Source: Alphaproteobacteria bacterium
GTDB lineage: Bacteria > Pseudomonadota > Alphaproteobacteria > UBA6615
Assembly: GCA_013003285.1 (NCBI GenBank)
Contig: JABDJY010000398.1
Span: forward strand, 1 to 32,213
Reading direction: 5' to 3'
DNA length: 32,213 nt
In this document: positions 27,855 through 32,213 of the stretch, piece by piece
Numbering within the stretch: position 1 is the first letter of the stretch
Layout: every line of letters begins with the position of its first letter
Notes under the pieces: model-generated
Seen by the model: only the letters and a program-made list of their open reading frames with translations
What the model was told of the DNA's origin: nothing
Databases searched by the model: none
Position numbers and translations under genes: made by a program

Positions 27855-30233
27855 ATGGATTACCCTTTGCTATTCTACGGCGCTGCCGCCGCGTTATTTG
27901 CCTACTCATGCTTGAGCATGGCCGCGCGCGCTTATCAATTCGTCGCGTTTCCACGCACCTTCGGCCGCACCACCAATATATCGCTGCGAAACCTTGTCGA
28001 GCTTTCTGATGAAAAAAGCGCCGAATTGCCCAGCTTCAAAATCGTCGTTCCGGCCTATCAAGAGTCGTTGGTAATCGAAGCCACGCTGCGCCGCCTCGCG
28101 GCACTCAACTATCCGCGCAGCCATCTGGAAATTTACGTTGTGACCTATGAAGACGAGCCGAAATCGGCTGGTACGGCGACGACAAGCGATATCGTTCGGC
28201 AAGTCGCGTCACAGCTCAATACCGAAACGGGACGTAGATTCATCAAGTCGCTACACGTACCGCTTGGTTTCGAAGGTTATTTCCCCGGCCGTTTGGATGC
28301 CGACCATCGCCATATTGGTAAAGCGCGCGGCCTCAACTTCGCGTTGCGCGCCATTCACGAAGAAAACGAGCGCGACGAACGCGCCTATTTCATCGCCGCC
28401 ATGCGCGCGGCGGGCTATTTGGCGCGCGTGGATAGCGCGATCGAGGCGCTCATTACAAACATGTCCGATCCCGGCGCATTCGACGCGACGACACGACGTT
28501 ATTTCGATCCCAAAAGCGATGAGTATGTCGGACCAGCGACCTTGAGCTCGCAACTCTATCGGGTTCGCGACCTGGAACAGAAGGCAGCGCAACAAGGGAC
28601 TGACATTGCCCAGTCCGCCCAAATCTTACGCGACTATGTTCAAGGCGAAGCGGCCCGGTTCTTTCTTCAGGCCCCGCGCGAAGACGCGCCAACCGCCGAA
28701 TGGCGCATCATTCCGAAGCGGGAGTTTCTTCATCGAATCATGGGTGAGGTTGAGGCGGAGTCGACAACCGTTCTCGCCGAGCGCTATAGCGCTCGAAACC
28801 TGGAACTCGCACAGGACCGACCAACATTGTTCAGTTCGCTCCAAGGGGTTGAAGATGGTGAGGCGCTGTACCAATGCACGCGGCAGCTAAATTCGCGCTG
28901 GTTAGCCATCTACGACGCCGACACCGATGCACCGCCCGACCTCTGCCGACACCTGGCCGCCCGCATCCTGACAGATCCATCCGCAATGGGCTTCCAAGGC
29001 CCGGTTGCCGCTGTCGGAAATTTTGCGGAGGTGCATCCCCTGTGCAGACCCGCCAGTCTGTGGATGGCGTTTTGTCATGCTACGAGCTATCCCCGGCTGC
29101 TCAGTAAACCGAGTTGGGCCCACCCACTCGCCGGTACAAACTTGTGCTTTCGCCTCGATGGATTTGAGCGCAACGGCCAAGTGGTGCGCACCCCACCCTA
29201 TGACGAAATTCAACGGCGTTTCATTCTGAGTTTCGATCCAGAACAACTTACCGAGGATCTCGAGGCGGGCATCCGTATGTTTAGCGACTGCCACGTCAAC
29301 GCGGACTGGCATCCCTATCTCGAAATCGAACAAGCCCCGCCGACACCTCGGGCTCTTATTGCGCAGTGGACAAGGTGGACGCAGGGAACGTTGCAGACCC
29401 TCGGTTATGTCCTACGTAGCCGCCTGCCGCGCACGCAAAAAGCCAAGCTCGCTTTGCTGCCGTTCGAGGTCATGGCCAGCGGTGTGGGCCCGGTAATCAC
29501 CATCTCATTATGGGCAGTTATCTTATTGGGCGAACTTACCACGCATCCCCAATTACTGCCGCTCACGCTGTTACTGACTTTCGCAAACTTGTTTTACGTG
29601 CTGCCGTTTCTGGTCGCGTACAATCGCTTCCGCCCTCTCACGCTGCGCGCGAACGCCGTCGAGACGTTGCGCGCCCAAGCACCACTCGTTCTAAACGAAC
29701 TCTCAAACCGAGCAAAGGATCGGCCAATTAGTGCCCAAGAGCATGAGCTGGTGCGAATGATCGCGGAACGGCTGGCACACGGTCTCAAGAAAGGCGGCTT
29801 CCTCTCTCGCTATCTCAGCTCACGCTGCATCGAAGACGACGACCGGCGACCGGCGATTGCAGGCGAAGTCGCGGCGCGGCTTGCTAACCTGGAAGAATGC
29901 ACACCCGCTGCGCTGCGGCGCGGCGAATTGGTGGCGTTGGCGACCGCGTTCCAGAATTCAGTAGCCGAAACCCCACAGGCTCGGACACCCGGCACGTGCC
30001 AAGCTTCACTGTTAGCCGATCGTTTGGCAACACTCGACCTCGCTCTGGCCCACGGCGCCGGCGAAGGTGCGCAGCGCAGGCGCGAACGCGTATCCTTGTG
30101 TCTTTGGGCCCTTCCCTTCCTGCTGTTTCAGTTGATTCCCTATTACAAGGGGCTGGTTCGCTGGATCGTTGGAAGTCGCCAACGCCACTGGGAAAAAACA
30201 CCCCGTACCCACAAAGGTGCCACATGGCTGTAA
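27855..30233 (+). CDS. Processive membrane GT2 glycosyltransferase (polysaccharide synthase-like) with large insertions
   Basis: VVPAYQE, GKARGLN, YDAD, GTN, LTED and QWTRW (QxxRW). TM helices at both ends and C-terminal WEKTPR. Confidence 0.88.
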   Translation: MDYPLLFYGAAAALFAYSCLSMAARAYQFVAFPRTFGRTTNISLRNLVELSDEKSAELPSFKIVVPAYQESLVIEATLRRLAALNYPRSHLEIYVVTYEDEPKSAGTATTSDIVRQVASQLNTETGRRFIKSLHVPLGFEGYFPGRLDADHRHIGKARGLNFALRAIHEENERDERAYFIAAMRAAGYLARVDSAIEALITNMSDPGAFDATTRRYFDPKSDEYVGPATLSSQLYRVRDLEQKAAQQGTDIAQSAQILRDYVQGEAARFFLQAPREDAPTAEWRIIPKREFLHRIMGEVEAESTTVLAERYSARNLELAQDRPTLFSSLQGVEDGEALYQCTRQLNSRWLAIYDADTDAPPDLCRHLAARILTDPSAMGFQGPVAAVGNFAEVHPLCRPASLWMAFCHATSYPRLLSKPSWAHPLAGTNLCFRLDGFERNGQVVRTPPYDEIQRRFILSFDPEQLTEDLEAGIRMFSDCHVNADWHPYLEIEQAPPTPRALIAQWTRWTQGTLQTLGYVLRSRLPRTQKAKLALLPFEVMASGVGPVITISLWAVILLGELTTHPQLLPLTLLLTFANLFYVLPFLVAYNRFRPLTLRANAVETLRAQAPLVLNELSNRAKDRPISAQEHELVRMIAERLAHGLKKGGFLSRYLSSRCIEDDDRRPAIAGEVAARLANLEECTPAALRRGELVALATAFQNSVAETPQARTPGTCQASLLADRLATLDLALAHGAGEGAQRRRERVSLCLWALPFLLFQLIPYYKGLVRWIVGSRQRHWEKTPRTHKGATWL

Positions 30234-31918
30234 ACCAATTCAAATCCGTGACGAGAGGCAACCCAACCTACGAACCAAATAATCGTAGCCCACGGGATGA
30301 CGCATCGCTGGAGACACGATTGGCAGTCGCCAAGTCGCACTGGCACCGTACAGTTGGCGAGCGCGTGCTGCGACTTATCGGATTGTTGGTGGGCCTGGTG
30401 GTGCTGTTGTTGGCAATTACCTTGGCGTCGCAAGAAGTGCCTGCAGCATCGACCGATACAATAAGGATAAGACCGTTACCGACGGCACATGAAGCCTCAT
30501 GCGCGATCGCCCCGCTTCCCGCGACCGCCGACCGGTTGTTGCTTGTCGTCGCTGATAACAACGAAAGCGTTTTCCCCCAGATTGTAGCGCTTGAAGAAGC
30601 CTTGAGTTCCTACTTTAACTTGCGAGTTCAGAGAGTGGCTGCTGCCGATTATCAGCCGGCCCTTTTGGAGAACGTTCGGGCAAGCGTGGTTTATGCCAAT
30701 GCAGTATTCAAAGATGACGAACGCATCGGCGAATTGGTTAACGATACCTGGCGCCACGAGCTGCCGGTGCTTTGGCTGGGGCCCGGCGCTTATGTGGCGG
30801 AAGCAGAGCTTGATATCGTGCTCAAGACAGACCCCAGCGCGTTTGAATCGGCGCCGAAAGGCACTATCGTCGAATATAACGGGGTTTCGATCTCGGCAAC
30901 CGGGTTTTTACTTGGCGAAACCATCAGCGAGTCGACGGGGTCACCCGCCCGCGCGGTCGCAACGGTGCGGTTGCCTAACGGCACAGCCATGCCAGCAATC
31001 ACGGTCAGAGACGATTTCGTCCACGTTAGCTTCGACCCGTTAGACCCTGACCTGCCGCCCAACCTGGCGCTAGCTGTGGTTATCGACGCTTTCGCAGAAG
31101 TGTTGGGCTCGCCCACCCCCGACCCTCGCGTGCTTTTTCGCCTCGAAGACCTGAACGGCCACGACTACGGAGAGACCGATACCTCGTTCGCGAAAACCGC
31201 CAACTATCTGCTGTCCGAGAACGTATTCCTGCACTTGGCCATCATCCCAGAATGGGTCGACGCGCAAGGAAACGTCCAGGAAAATATAGGATCCGCGCGG
31301 AAGATTCTCGACTTGATCAAGGCCTATCCGGAGTCGGTCAGTCTCATTCAGCACGGTTACCAACACTTCCGGCCGGAGGCGCGCAACACGGGTCTGCGCT
31401 CCGGCCAAGCGTTCGAGTTTTTTCTCGATGATGACCGCACATTGGGCATCGAAAAAGCGCAAGAGTTGCTCCGGCAACGGTTGGCGGCGGGAAGCGACCT
31501 AATAGAGCGTTATGCTTGGCGGCCGCATATTTTCGAGGCCCCCCACTACCTCATGTCGCCGAGCCAACAGGCACTCGCTGAAGAACTCTATCCGGTCATT
31601 CATCACCAGCCTTTATTCTACGCCAGCAAATCCAGTCAATTTCTGCTGCCCTGGTACACCAAGCGCAGCGCTGTGGTTTATGCCCCCAGCTCCGCCGGTT
31701 TTGTCGATGTTCTAAAACCTAACAGCGTTTCGAAAATCCTGCGTGTGCTGGAACAAGGCGCGCGTATTCTACCCGATCCTGTTTTCGTGGTTTTTTTCCA
31801 TCCTTTTGTGACGGAGTATGTCGGCCGGGAGACAGACCTGGAGAAATTGATCTCCGGGATCAAAGAACTCGGCTATCGCTTCGCCAACACGTGCGAGGAT
31901 ATTTCGCGGCCTCGCTAA
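30224..31918 (+). CDS. DUF2334/YdaL-like polysaccharide deacetylase, membrane-anchored
   Basis: One TM segment, FRLEDL, LIQHGYQH, FEF, FEAPHY and FFHPF. Start overlaps the GT2 end, with an AAAGG RBS. Confidence 0.78.
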   Translation: MAVNQFKSVTRGNPTYEPNNRSPRDDASLETRLAVAKSHWHRTVGERVLRLIGLLVGLVVLLLAITLASQEVPAASTDTIRIRPLPTAHEASCAIAPLPATADRLLLVVADNNESVFPQIVALEEALSSYFNLRVQRVAAADYQPALLENVRASVVYANAVFKDDERIGELVNDTWRHELPVLWLGPGAYVAEAELDIVLKTDPSAFESAPKGTIVEYNGVSISATGFLLGETISESTGSPARAVATVRLPNGTAMPAITVRDDFVHVSFDPLDPDLPPNLALAVVIDAFAEVLGSPTPDPRVLFRLEDLNGHDYGETDTSFAKTANYLLSENVFLHLAIIPEWVDAQGNVQENIGSARKILDLIKAYPESVSLIQHGYQHFRPEARNTGLRSGQAFEFFLDDDRTLGIEKAQELLRQRLAAGSDLIERYAWRPHIFEAPHYLMSPSQQALAEELYPVIHHQPLFYASKSSQFLLPWYTKRSAVVYAPSSAGFVDVLKPNSVSKILRVLEQGARILPDPVFVVFFHPFVTEYVGRETDLEKLISGIKELGYRFANTCEDISRPR

Positions 31919-32175
31919 ACTTGCGCTAACACTCGATGTGCCCGTTCGGCGGCGAGTTCCCAATAGAGCTCTTCGTACTGCGGTATGATGAGGTCCTGTG
32001 CGTAGTTCTTAACCGAACTTTCGCGCGCGGCCTTACCCATGCGCAACCTCCGATTATCGTCTTCCAACAGGGTGATGGCGGCGCGCCCCATCGCCTTATA
32101 GTCGCCGACTGGAAATAGCATTCCGCTAACGTCATGCTCGACCACCTCGGGCAGGCCGCCAGCACGCGAACAGAT
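31915..32175 (-). CDS. GT4 glycosyltransferase C-terminal fragment (BshA-like), 5' part missing
   Basis: ICSRAGGLPEVVEHDVSG...MGKAARE...IIPQYEELY. Homology stops upstream of about 32175. Confidence 0.7.
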   Translation of the reverse strand: MCSRAGGLPEVVEHDVSGMLFPVGDYKAMGRAAITLLEDDNRRLRMGKAARESSVKNYAQDLIIPQYEELYWELAAERAHRVLAQV

Positions 32176-32213
32176 AGACGTGAAGGAAATCGCGCAAAAG
32201 CTCCGTGTGAAAC

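Noticed and set aside
28350-28890. Intein in the GT2
   Set aside because: There is no Cys/Ser-initiated block A, no His-Asn terminus and no LAGLIDADG motif.
29897-30223. N-terminal extensions of ORFs 29897.., 25080.., 10708.. and 19572..
   Set aside because: The first three overlap upstream genes and the fourth starts at an FNR-like box. Internal ATGs with an RBS or stop/start overlap (30224, 25392, 10924, 19644) fit better.
21611-31918. Polysaccharide locus as a mobile element
   Set aside because: It looks somewhat less GC-rich by eye, but I see no integrase, transposase, tRNA or flanking direct repeats, and GC content was not computed.

Overview
GC-rich bacterial window, probably proteobacterial (inferred from ycbB-ycbK, FNR/FixK-type boxes, a two-domain USP and an E. 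coli fdhF-type SECIS). It has three blocks. (1) 1-7950: end of a 2-oxoacid:ferredoxin oxidoreductase alpha/beta operon coupled to an acyl-CoA synthetase, an L,D-transpeptidase/YcbK pair and a P-type ATPase. (2) 8081-21585: an anaerobiosis-type island encoding a selenocysteine-dependent glycine/sarcosine reductase, split into grdC-grdA (+) and grdE-grdB (-). grdA and grdB each have an in-frame UGA followed by a SECIS-like hairpin, so the ORF track cuts them. The island also holds tdh-kbl (Thr to Gly + acetyl-CoA) divergent from grdEB, two USPs, a Met-rich protein, a Trx/DsbD-like membrane protein, an HtrA-like protease and a CaCA antiporter. Five FNR/FixK-like boxes lie upstream of genes in this island. 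(3) 21611-31918: a putative synthase-dependent polysaccharide locus with GH26 and wecB divergent from MBL hydrolase, nucleotidyltransferase, GH113, a GT2 with large insertions and a DUF2334-like deacetylase. The window ends in a GT4 fragment whose homology breaks abruptly. No rRNA, tRNA, CRISPR array or transposase was recognised. All family calls come from motif recognition by eye, not database searches.
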